DNA from: an uncultured Spirochaetaceae bacterium
GTDB taxonomy: Bacteria; Myxococcota_A; UBA9160; UBA4427
Assembly: GCA_964515335.1 (NCBI GenBank)
Contig: CAZETS010000016.1
Span: forward strand, 5,744-69,743
DNA: 64,000 nt
Reading direction: 5' to 3'
Positions 37,971 to 45,894 of the stretch are shown one piece after another. How positions within the stretch are numbered: position 1 is the first letter of the stretch; each line of letters starts with the position of its first letter. The notes beneath the pieces are model-generated. The model saw only the letters and a list, made by a program, of their open reading frames with translations. It had not been told where the DNA came from and searched no databases. The translations under genes were made by a program, and so were the position numbers.

Positions 37971-38030
37971 CCGGCCGTGCGGCCGGCGCACGAGTTCGCT
38001 GTGATACGATCGACGTCAAGGTGATCCGAG

Positions 38031-38930
38031 TTGGCGCTTGACGACCCCGAGCTGCTGGGCGACCTGGTTCGAGGTGCATTGGCGCTCGGCATCATGATGC
38101 TCGCCTCGGGGGTGGCGGCCCGCCTCTGCAGCGATCGCAGGAGCTGGCTCGTCGCGTCGGCCTCGCTGCTGCTGGTCTTCGTGTGGCTGCTGGTCGGCGT
38201 CGTGCCCCACCCCCACCAGGCGGGGCTGCTCTACGCCATGCAGTGGGGCTTCTTCGGCGCAGGGCTGTACGCGGCGGCCCGCGCCTACCGCAGCGAGGCC
38301 GCGGGGGGCGCCGAGGCGCCGGACTTCGAGGCGCTGCTCGGGTTCTGGTTCGGCGACGACCTGTCCACACCCGAAGCCGTGGCCGAGCGCTCCAGGCGCT
38401 GGTTCCAGGCCGACGACGCCTTCGACGCCGAGCTGCGCCAGCGCTTCGGCGACTGGCCGGGGCCGGCCCTGGCCGGCGAGTTCTCGGCCTGGACCCGATC
38501 GCCCCGCGGCTCGCTGGCCCTGGTGATCACCCTCGACCAGCTGCCCCGCAATCTGCATCGCGGCAGTGCGGCCGCGTTCTCGGCCGACGAGCGCGCCCTC
38601 GAGGAGGCGCTCGCCGCGATCGAGCGCGGCGCCGACGAGGCGCTGCACCCCCTCGAGGCCGCCTTCCTGTATCTGCCGCTCGAGCACGCCGAGGACGCCG
38701 CCATGCAGGCGCGCTGCGTCGAGCTGTTCGATGCTCTGCGCGCCCGGGCCCCCGAGGCCTTCGGGACGCAGCTCGCCGGGTACCGCGACCACGCGGTGCG
38801 GCATCGCGACGTGATCGAGCGCTTCGGACGCTTCCCCCACCGCAACGAGCTGCTCGGGCGCGAGACGACCGAAGAAGAATCACTCTGGCTCGCCGAAGGC
38901 GGCGACCGTTTCGGAGGCAAGGCATCGTGA
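38031..38930 (+). CDS. DUF924-family protein with an N-terminal membrane-spanning extension
   Basis: DUF924 core: FWFGDD...RWFQADDAFD...LDQLPRNLHRG...YLPLEHAED. About 95 N-terminal residues are hydrophobic with high GC3. The TTG start is uncertain. Confidence 0.75.
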   Translation: MALDDPELLGDLVRGALALGIMMLASGVAARLCSDRRSWLVASASLLLVFVWLLVGVVPHPHQAGLLYAMQWGFFGAGLYAAARAYRSEAAGGAEAPDFEALLGFWFGDDLSTPEAVAERSRRWFQADDAFDAELRQRFGDWPGPALAGEFSAWTRSPRGSLALVITLDQLPRNLHRGSAAAFSADERALEEALAAIERGADEALHPLEAAFLYLPLEHAEDAAMQARCVELFDALRARAPEAFGTQLAGYRDHAVRHRDVIERFGRFPHRNELLGRETTEEESLWLAEGGDRFGGKAS

Positions 38931-39691
38931 CCGACCCGACCGATCTCTTCTCGCTCTCGGACCGCGTCGCGGTCGTGACGGGCGGCAGCCGCGGGCTCGG
39001 CCGCGAGATGGTGCTGGCCTTCGCGCGCCAGGGGGCGGACGTCGCGATCGCGAGCCGCAAGCAGGAAGCCTGCGACGCCCTCGCCAAGGAGGTTCGCGAG
39101 GAGACCGGCCGCGAGGCGATCGGCATCGGCTGCCACGTCGGGCGCTGGGACGAGTGCGACAAGCTCGTGGAGACGCTGTACGAACGCTTCGGACGCATCG
39201 ACGTGCTCGTCAACAACGCCGGCATGTCGCCCCTCTACGACGGCCTCGACCAGATCTCCGAGGAGCTCTTCGACAAGGTGCTCGCCGTCAACCTGAAGGG
39301 CCCCTTCCGGCTCTCGTCGGTCGTGGGCGCCCGCATGGCGGCGGGCGACGGCGGCTCGATCATCAACGTGAGCAGCACGGCGGCCGTCAACCCCTCGCCC
39401 GTCGAGGCGCCGTATGGCACCGCGAAGGCGGGCCTCAACAACATGACGGTCTCGATGGCCCGCGCCTTCGGACCCGCGGTCCGCGTCAACTGCATCATGC
39501 CCGGCCCCTTCGGCACCGACATCAGCAAGGCCTGGTCGCCGGAGATGGTCGCCGCCGTGGAGAGGCAGGCGCCCCTGCGCCGCGTAGGCCGGCCCGACGA
39601 GATCGTCGGCGTCGCGCTCTATCTCGCGAGCGAAGCCAGCAGCTACACGAGCGGCGCCGTCATCAAGGTCGACGGCGGCATCACGGCCTGA
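38927..39691 (+). CDS. SDR-family oxidoreductase
   Basis: The GTG start overlaps the upstream stop (GTGA), with GGAGG 10 nt upstream. Contains VTGGSRGLG, NNAG and YGTAK. Confidence 0.88.
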   Translation: MTDPTDLFSLSDRVAVVTGGSRGLGREMVLAFARQGADVAIASRKQEACDALAKEVREETGREAIGIGCHVGRWDECDKLVETLYERFGRIDVLVNNAGMSPLYDGLDQISEELFDKVLAVNLKGPFRLSSVVGARMAAGDGGSIINVSSTAAVNPSPVEAPYGTAKAGLNNMTVSMARAFGPAVRVNCIMPGPFGTDISKAWSPEMVAAVERQAPLRRVGRPDEIVGVALYLASEASSYTSGAVIKVDGGITA

Positions 39692-39702
39692 GGTCACCGC
39701 GA

Positions 39703-40479
39703 ATGCGCATCGCTACCTGGAACGTCAACGGGCTGCGCGCCCGCCTCGACTTCGTGCTCGCGTGGCTCGACGAGCGGCAGCCCGACGTAGTGGGCCTGCA
39801 GGAGCTCAAGCTGACCGACGAGCAGCTGCCCGCCGACGTCTTCGAGTCGGCCGGCTATCACGCCGCCAGCCACGGCCAGAAGGCCTGGAACGGCGTGGCG
39901 ATCCTGACCCGCGAGCCCGCCGAGGTGCTGCAGAGCGGCCTGCCCGGCCAGGAGGACTTCGGGGCTCGGCTGATCACGGCTCGCGTGGCCGGCGGGCTCG
40001 TGTTCACGACCGTGTACTGCCCGAACGGCAAGTCGGTGTCGCACGACGACTACCCGCGCAAGCTCGCCTGGTTCGACGCCCTGCTCGCGCACCTCTCGGC
40101 AGCGCGCAGCGCCGACGACGCCGCGGTGATCTGCGGCGACTTCAACATCTGTCCGACGGGGCTCGACTCCTGGGACGAGGAGGCCCACGCCGGCGGGATC
40201 TTCCACACCGAGGCCGAGCGCGATCGCATGAAGGCCCTCTACGCGTGGGGGCTCGACGATCTCTACCGCCGGCTGCACCCCGACGAGCGCGCCTTCTCGT
40301 GGTGGGACTATCGCGGCGGGGCCTTTCATCGCGGCCACGGCCTGCGCATCGACTTCCTGCTCGCCACGACGCCGGTGGTCGAGCGCCTCGAGTCCGTCAC
40401 GATCGACCGCGACTGGAGGAAGAAGCGCGGAGACCTCAAGGCCTCCGACCACTGTCCGGTCTTCGCCGACCTGCGATAG
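39703..40479 (+). CDS. xthA: Exodeoxyribonuclease III (AP endonuclease)
   Basis: MRIATWNVNGLRAR, GLQELK, GDFNI and SDHCPV. Confidence 0.93.
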   Translation: MRIATWNVNGLRARLDFVLAWLDERQPDVVGLQELKLTDEQLPADVFESAGYHAASHGQKAWNGVAILTREPAEVLQSGLPGQEDFGARLITARVAGGLVFTTVYCPNGKSVSHDDYPRKLAWFDALLAHLSAARSADDAAVICGDFNICPTGLDSWDEEAHAGGIFHTEAERDRMKALYAWGLDDLYRRLHPDERAFSWWDYRGGAFHRGHGLRIDFLLATTPVVERLESVTIDRDWRKKRGDLKASDHCPVFADLR

Positions 40480-40508
40480 CCGGTCACCACGGGTGACCGG
40501 GCCCCCGC

Positions 40509-41864
40509 TCAGGCCCCGGAGGCGTCCGCGAGCAGGTCCGCCGCGGCGCGCAGGCCCGACACGATGCCGTCCTCGGCAGCGGGCCCGACCAGGTGGTCTC
40601 CCGCGAAGTAGAGCCGGCGGCCGAGCGCCCGCCGGTCGGCCTGCACCCGCCGAAAGCGGTCGAGGGATCGGTAGGCGCCGACGTCGAAGCGCGGTCGCGA
40701 GTCACCCCGGCGATGCAACACGGCGTGCTCGATGCTGGCGGCCGCCTCGGGGAGCAGCCGCTCGAGGCCGGCGAGAAGGCCCTTCTCGACCACGTCGTCC
40801 GCGGTCGCGGCGTTGGCCCGGGCGAAGCGATCGGTCGCGCGCAGCACGGCGAGCCCCCGGCCCTGTGGCGCGCGGCCTCCCGGACCGCCCGGCTCGACGA
40901 GCAGGCTCTCGATCGGCTGATCCTCGCCGCGCGGTACGCGGACGCGCATCGGCAGCCCACAGGGGGGCGCATCCAGCGCGAGCGACAGCCCGATCTCCGG
41001 GTCGACGCGTACCCGGGCGAGGTGATCGCGCTCGGGCGGTGTGGTGATCGATCCGGCCAGGCGCTGGGCGGTCGCCGCGGACGTCGCCAGCACCACCGCA
41101 TCGGCGTCGAGCTCGCCCCGCCCGCCGGCCCGCGCCTCGCACGCCACCTCGAAGCCGCCCGAAGCGCGCACCTCGACGCGCGCCGCCTCGACCCCGTAAC
41201 GCACGTCGAGCCCCTCGGCGGCCCGCTCGACGAGTTCGTGCAGCGGCTGGCGGGGCACGCCGTGCACCGCCGAGGGCGTGCGGCCGGTCGAGCGGGACCG
41301 CCACAGCAGCAGCGCGGCCACGCGCGAGAGCGATTCGCCGTCGGCCCCGAAGGCGTCGCCCACCTCGGGTGCGACCCAGCGCGCGTACATGCTCTCGCCG
41401 AAGTAGAGCCGCGCAAAGTCGGCTGCGCTGCGGAAGTCGAGCGATGCGGCGCGCTCGGGCGCGGTCGGATCGAGCAGCGGCGCGTAGCGGGCCATCAGCC
41501 GTGACCAACGCAGCAGCCGCGCCGCGTCGCGCCGGCGCACACCGGCAATGCCCGCGACACCGCGGAGACTCTGCGGATCGATCGGCGCCGAGCGGCCGGC
41601 GTACACCTGCGCGATCTGCAGCGGGCGCAGCGGCAGCATTTCGTCGGCCAGCCCGAGCGTACGAATCCAGGCGAGCAGGTGACGATCGCCGCTGTGAAGC
41701 GTCTCGACGCTGCGGGGCAGCCGGAACGAGCCGTGCACGTCGGCCCCGACCCGGCCACCGGCGCGGTCGCTGCGCTCGAGCAGGCCGACCTCGTGGCCCG
41801 CCGCCCGAAGGCGCCAGCCCGCGGCGAGTCCGGCCAGACCCGCGCCGATCACGATCACGTTCAT
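40509..41864 (-). CDS. FAD-dependent oxidoreductase (amine oxidase / protoporphyrinogen oxidase-like)
   Basis: Internal ATG at 41864. Contains MNVIVIGAGLAGLAAGWRL...LLERSDRAGGR and the C-terminal FAGDHL. Confidence 0.8.
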   Translation of the reverse strand: MNVIVIGAGLAGLAAGWRLRAAGHEVGLLERSDRAGGRVGADVHGSFRLPRSVETLHSGDRHLLAWIRTLGLADEMLPLRPLQIAQVYAGRSAPIDPQSLRGVAGIAGVRRRDAARLLRWSRLMARYAPLLDPTAPERAASLDFRSAADFARLYFGESMYARWVAPEVGDAFGADGESLSRVAALLLWRSRSTGRTPSAVHGVPRQPLHELVERAAEGLDVRYGVEAARVEVRASGGFEVACEARAGGRGELDADAVVLATSAATAQRLAGSITTPPERDHLARVRVDPEIGLSLALDAPPCGLPMRVRVPRGEDQPIESLLVEPGGPGGRAPQGRGLAVLRATDRFARANAATADDVVEKGLLAGLERLLPEAAASIEHAVLHRRGDSRPRFDVGAYRSLDRFRRVQADRRALGRRLYFAGDHLVGPAAEDGIVSGLRAAADLLADASGA

Positions 41865-41901
41865 CGATGTGCTCCACCCGGCGCCGGCCGGGCGGAGGAC
41901 G

Positions 41902-44586
41902 TTAGCAGCCGGCCGGGGGCGGTGTGTACGCCGCGCCTCTTCCCCGTTCGCCCGATTTCCCCCGTTCGCCCCATTCGGCCTCCAGGGCGGCGACCACGTC
42001 GAGCAGGGTCTCGAAGCGCGTGTAGACGACGCCGCGGTCGTCGAGATCGTCGGCCAGCGTGTCCTTGGCGAACGCGAGGTCCGCCGCCTCGGCCCCGCAG
42101 CGGTCGGACACGCGGCCGTTGCCGATGTGCACGATGCAGTGCCCGGGGCGGCTCGCCCGGTAGGCCTCGATGACGGCGCGCTTGCAGGCGCCGGTCCCGC
42201 AGTCGCAGGCCGGGTTGCGGCCAGCCGGTGAGATGCGCCAGCGCTCGCCCTCGAAGCGCAGGTGGTTGGCGGTGAACGCGAAGCGCAGGTCGTGGATGTC
42301 CTGCAACCGATCGATGTTGTAGTCGAAGCCGTCGGAGAGGATGCGCAGCGGCACGTCGCGGGCCGCGCACCAGTCGACCAGCTTCCGGGCGCCGGGATCG
42401 AGGTCGATCGTCCGGAGAAACGCCTCGAGCCGCTCGCGACCGAACGCGAATCCGTCGAAGAGCAGCTCGGCGTACCGCCAGGCGTCGATCTCGCCCTGCA
42501 CGTAGCGGCCCCACAGCGAGGTGCGCTCCTCGGAAAGGTGCTGGAGAGCGATCGTGCTGCCGACGTCGCGGATGGAGAACGTGCCGTCGAAGTCGCTGAA
42601 GACCGCGAGCGGCCGGCACCCGGCGTGACGCGTCGCGCGCGACGCGTGAGGCGCGAGCAGGTCGCCGCCCTGCCCCGCGCCGGGCGCGCTGATCTCGGCG
42701 AGCGCGACTCCGTCGCCCGCCCAATCGACCTCCGGGGCGGCAGCCTGCGCGGAGGGCGAGTCCCCCAGATTGATCGCAGCCCGGTACACGTCCGCACCGA
42801 CGCGGGCTTCGAGCCGCTGCAGCGTGCCGGGCGCCAACGGATCGAGCAGGCGCGCGGCGCCGACCGCCGCCCGGTCGATCTCGGCGCCGTTGCCCAGCAC
42901 CTGCGACACCATGCTGCGTTCGCCCGCGTCGAGCAGCGCGAGATCGTCGGAGAGCACCATCATGCCGCCCGAGACCGCGATCGCTGCGGCGAGGCTGCGC
43001 GCCTCCTCGGGCCGCAGCGCCGTCTCGCGGCGCCGGGCCATCAGGCAGTCGGGATCGTTCAGCCAGAGGCGCCGGTGCATGAAGAGCCGCGCCGCGATGC
43101 TGCGCAGCGCGCTCGCCGTCGAAGGCAGCACCGGCTCGAGGCCGGGGATCACCACCGGCTGGTCGACGCCCCAGGTCGGCGCCACATCGGGCCCGATCCG
43201 CATGCCGTCCACCACGCCCACCGCCGGGCCGAGCGGACAGCCGCAGCCCAGCAGGAAGGCCTCGTCGCCCGCGCCGCGTCGCACCGCGGACAGACCCGCC
43301 CGCAGCCGCGCGGCGCGGGTGAGCGACGGATCCGACGCCCGGCCCTGCATGGCCGCCATGTAGAGGAAGTCGAGCTTCTGATACGTGAACCCCAGCGCGG
43401 CGAGCGCACGGAACGTCTCCTCGAGGTGCGCGAGCAGCCCCGGCTGGCTGGCGTCGAGCGCGTACACCCAGCCGTCGGCGCTCCACTCCGGGTTCAGCGT
43501 GCCACGCAGCCAGTCTCCCCGGTCTCCCGACTCGTCACCCAGCGCCCATTCGGGATGGGCGCGCAGCAGCTCGCTCTCGGCCGAGGCCGCAAACGGCGCC
43601 GTCCAGATGCCCGCCGCGAAGCCCGCGTCGCGGATCGCGCCGGCGACGCGCGCGAGTCCGCCGGGGAGCTGCTCGTTGGTGTGGAGCCAGTCGCCGATCG
43701 CGCGCTGGTAGCCGTCGTCGAGCTGGACGACGGCCACCGGGATCTCGTCGCGCACGCCCGCGAGGGCGTCGAGGTTGCGCAACAGGTCGTCCTCGGTGAC
43801 GCGGTGGAAGAAGTGGTACCAGCTGCACCAACCCACCTGGTAGGGCGCGCCGGTGCGCGCGCGGCCGCGCCTTCCCCAGAGCGCGGCGAAGCGTTCGAGC
43901 AGCTCGCTCGGGTCGGGTCCGACCGCCACGCGCACGGCCTCGAGGGCGCGCCGCTCACCCGGTGCCAGCGGCGCCTCGACGCGCAGCTCGACCTCGATGT
44001 CGACCGGGCGCTCGAGCTCGCCGGGCGTCGCCCCGGCGGCGCGCAGGTGCACCACGCCGAAAGCAAGCCCCGTCTCGAGCACCCCCGCCAGACAAGCGGG
44101 CCCCTCGCCGGCGCCTGCTCCGATCACGGCGAACGTCGCCGACTCGTGCCAACCGTCCCACTCGCCGGACGGGGCGCCCACGCAGTGGTGCATGCCACGC
44201 AGCCACGGCCCGGACGGAAACGGCGGCTCGCCGGCGTCGTCGAGATCCCGCGAGCCGGTGAACGACCACGATTGCCAGCCGTGGCGCAGGAAGCGGTGCG
44301 ACGCCGCACCGTGGCCGCACCAGCGAAGGCCGAGCGAGAGCGACTCGACGAAGACCGGCGCGTCGGCGTGGCTCACGAGCGCGACCTCGAGGGTCGCCGC
44401 GGCGCCGTGGTCGGTGCGGGTGAGCACGACCTCTAGGTCGGAGAGCCGCCTCGACCCCTCGCAGAGGTCGTCGGAGACCTCGAGGGTGGTGGACGACTCG
44501 TGCTCGCCGAGCCGCAACACGACCGATCGCGGCTCGACGCGGGGGGCGCGCCGTTCCGGTACCGTGCGCGCGAGGGGCGTCGCCAT
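41902..44586 (-). CDS. Fusion protein: GH36 alpha-galactosidase-like domain (N-terminal) plus MtnX/PHOSPHO-type HAD phosphatase domain (C-terminal)
   Basis: ATG at 44586. GH36 blocks: VGWCSWYHFF, VVQLDDGYQRAIGDW, YQKLDFLY and LNDPDCLM. The HAD region from about 42610 downward has FSDFDGT, ILSDGFDYNI, CDCGTGACK and IGNGRVSD. The frame is continuous, with no ATG/GTG/TTG in the 60 codons before the DxDGT motif. Confidence 0.8.
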   Translation of the reverse strand: MATPLARTVPERRAPRVEPRSVVLRLGEHESSTTLEVSDDLCEGSRRLSDLEVVLTRTDHGAAATLEVALVSHADAPVFVESLSLGLRWCGHGAASHRFLRHGWQSWSFTGSRDLDDAGEPPFPSGPWLRGMHHCVGAPSGEWDGWHESATFAVIGAGAGEGPACLAGVLETGLAFGVVHLRAAGATPGELERPVDIEVELRVEAPLAPGERRALEAVRVAVGPDPSELLERFAALWGRRGRARTGAPYQVGWCSWYHFFHRVTEDDLLRNLDALAGVRDEIPVAVVQLDDGYQRAIGDWLHTNEQLPGGLARVAGAIRDAGFAAGIWTAPFAASAESELLRAHPEWALGDESGDRGDWLRGTLNPEWSADGWVYALDASQPGLLAHLEETFRALAALGFTYQKLDFLYMAAMQGRASDPSLTRAARLRAGLSAVRRGAGDEAFLLGCGCPLGPAVGVVDGMRIGPDVAPTWGVDQPVVIPGLEPVLPSTASALRSIAARLFMHRRLWLNDPDCLMARRRETALRPEEARSLAAAIAVSGGMMVLSDDLALLDAGERSMVSQVLGNGAEIDRAAVGAARLLDPLAPGTLQRLEARVGADVYRAAINLGDSPSAQAAAPEVDWAGDGVALAEISAPGAGQGGDLLAPHASRATRHAGCRPLAVFSDFDGTFSIRDVGSTIALQHLSEERTSLWGRYVQGEIDAWRYAELLFDGFAFGRERLEAFLRTIDLDPGARKLVDWCAARDVPLRILSDGFDYNIDRLQDIHDLRFAFTANHLRFEGERWRISPAGRNPACDCGTGACKRAVIEAYRASRPGHCIVHIGNGRVSDRCGAEAADLAFAKDTLADDLDDRGVVYTRFETLLDVVAALEAEWGERGKSGERGRGAAYTPPPAGC

Positions 44587-44628
44587 CGGCAGAGGTATAG
44601 CGGCGCCGCGCGCCACCGGGGAGGCGGA

Positions 44629-45540
44629 TTGGAGGGGCCGGACGCAGGCCAGGCGCTTCGTCGACGACTCGAGTCGGGACCGGTCGTCGTGCTCGACGGC
44701 GCGACGGGCACCGAGCTCGAGCGGCGCGGCGTGCCGACGGGCCTGCCGCTCTGGTCGACCCATGCGCTGCTCGACGCGCCCGAGGTGGTGTCGTCGATCC
44801 ACGCCGACTACGTACGGGCCGGCGCCGAGGTGCTGATCGCGAACACCTTCCGCACCCAGCGCCGGACGCTGGCCCGCGCCGGCCGGGGCGGCCAACTCAC
44901 CCAGCGCGACGCCGAGCTCACGGCGCTGGCCGTCGAGCTGGCGCGTGGCGCCGCCCGCAGCGCCGATCGACGTGTGTGGGTGGCGGGCTCGGCGCCACCC
45001 CTCGAGGACTGCTACCGGCCCGACCTCGTGCCCGACGACGCCGCGCTCCGCGACGAGCACGCTCGCCATGCCAACTGCGTGGCCGGGTCCGGCGTCGACT
45101 TCGCGATGGTGGAGACCATGAACACGCTTCGGGAGGCCCACGCAGCCGCCGTGGCCGCCCGCGAGGCCGGGCTGGAGGTGGTCGTGAGCTTCGTGTGCTG
45201 GAACGGCGCGCAGCTGCTCTCGGGCGAGCCCCTCGCCGAGGCCTGCGCCCGGATCGCCGCACTCGAGCCGTTGGCGATCGGGGTGAACTGCCTGCCGCCG
45301 TCGAACGTGTCCGCCTGTCTCGAGGTGCTGGCCGACTGCGGGGCGCCATTCGGCGTCTACGCGAATCTCGGCGAGCCCGAGGACGAACGCGGCTTTCGCC
45401 GCAGCGAGGACACCCGCCCGGCCGACTTCGCCGAGCACGCGAGCGAGTGGGTGGCGGCGGGCGCGAGCTACGTCGGAGGCTGCTGCGGAACCGGACCCGG
45501 GCACGTCCACACCCTGGCGGAGCGCTGCGCACGAACCTGA
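44629..45540 (+). CDS. Homocysteine S-methyltransferase family protein
   Basis: VLDGATGTELERRG, GVNCLPP and the zinc-site GGCCGTGPGHV. There is no ATG. TTG 44629 follows GGGGAGG; GTG 44689 is an alternative. The track start at 44500 would overlap the divergent gene. Confidence 0.85.
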   Translation: MEGPDAGQALRRRLESGPVVVLDGATGTELERRGVPTGLPLWSTHALLDAPEVVSSIHADYVRAGAEVLIANTFRTQRRTLARAGRGGQLTQRDAELTALAVELARGAARSADRRVWVAGSAPPLEDCYRPDLVPDDAALRDEHARHANCVAGSGVDFAMVETMNTLREAHAAAVAAREAGLEVVVSFVCWNGAQLLSGEPLAEACARIAALEPLAIGVNCLPPSNVSACLEVLADCGAPFGVYANLGEPEDERGFRRSEDTRPADFAEHASEWVAAGASYVGGCCGTGPGHVHTLAERCART

Positions 45541-45783
45541 CGGTCGAAGGCCGCCGTGGCCGCAATTTGCGTCACTGACTGCCTCGATCTGCGACGCGCG
45601 AAAATCGCGCTGCGTGTTCGCCTCACGAGGCCTTCCGCCTCTTCAGGCAGTGGTTGCGCGTAGTTGCCGCTGAGCTGCGCGTGGTTTTACGGTGCGGGGT
45701 CCGGCACACGCCTTGCTTTGTGTACGCCCTGCGGCGACGCGGGAATCACATCGAGGAGCGGGTCCGCATCGCTCAGGGGTCTG

Positions 45784-45841
45784 GCGCCCGGACCTGCTAC
45801 CCCTCCCTTCGCACTCCGGTGCGAGGTGCAGGTCCGGGCGC
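45784..45841 (+). promoter_or_regulatory. Large stem-loop in the 354-nt non-coding leader upstream of the GH20 gene
   Basis: A perfect 14-bp stem, GCGCCCGGACCTGC (45784-45797) with GCAGGTCCGGGCGC (45828-45841), encloses an inner CGCAC-TCCG-GTGCG hairpin. It is followed by TTTCGG and lies 53 nt before ATG 45895. Confidence 0.5.
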
Positions 45842-45894
45842 TTTCGGCTCCAGGGCTCGCCGGAAGGCAACCAACGCCGCGTATCATCCGGCTG

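Noticed and set aside
34620-37991. The 1123-aa minus-strand ORF as a single protein.
   Set aside because: Only the C-terminal 277 aa (MurQ, from ATG 35453) are meaningful. The remainder is the antisense shadow of mutS2.
45826-45885. SRP (4.5S) RNA-like motif CAGGTCCGG ... CCGGAAGGCAAC, and a resemblance of GCACTCCGGTGCGAGGT to part of a c-di-GMP-I riboswitch.
   Set aside because: The conserved SRP GGAA tetraloop helix is interrupted by about 22 unrelated nt. The GEMM hallmark GCAAA/ACGCAAAGC segments are absent. The similarity is limited to short GC-rich strings.
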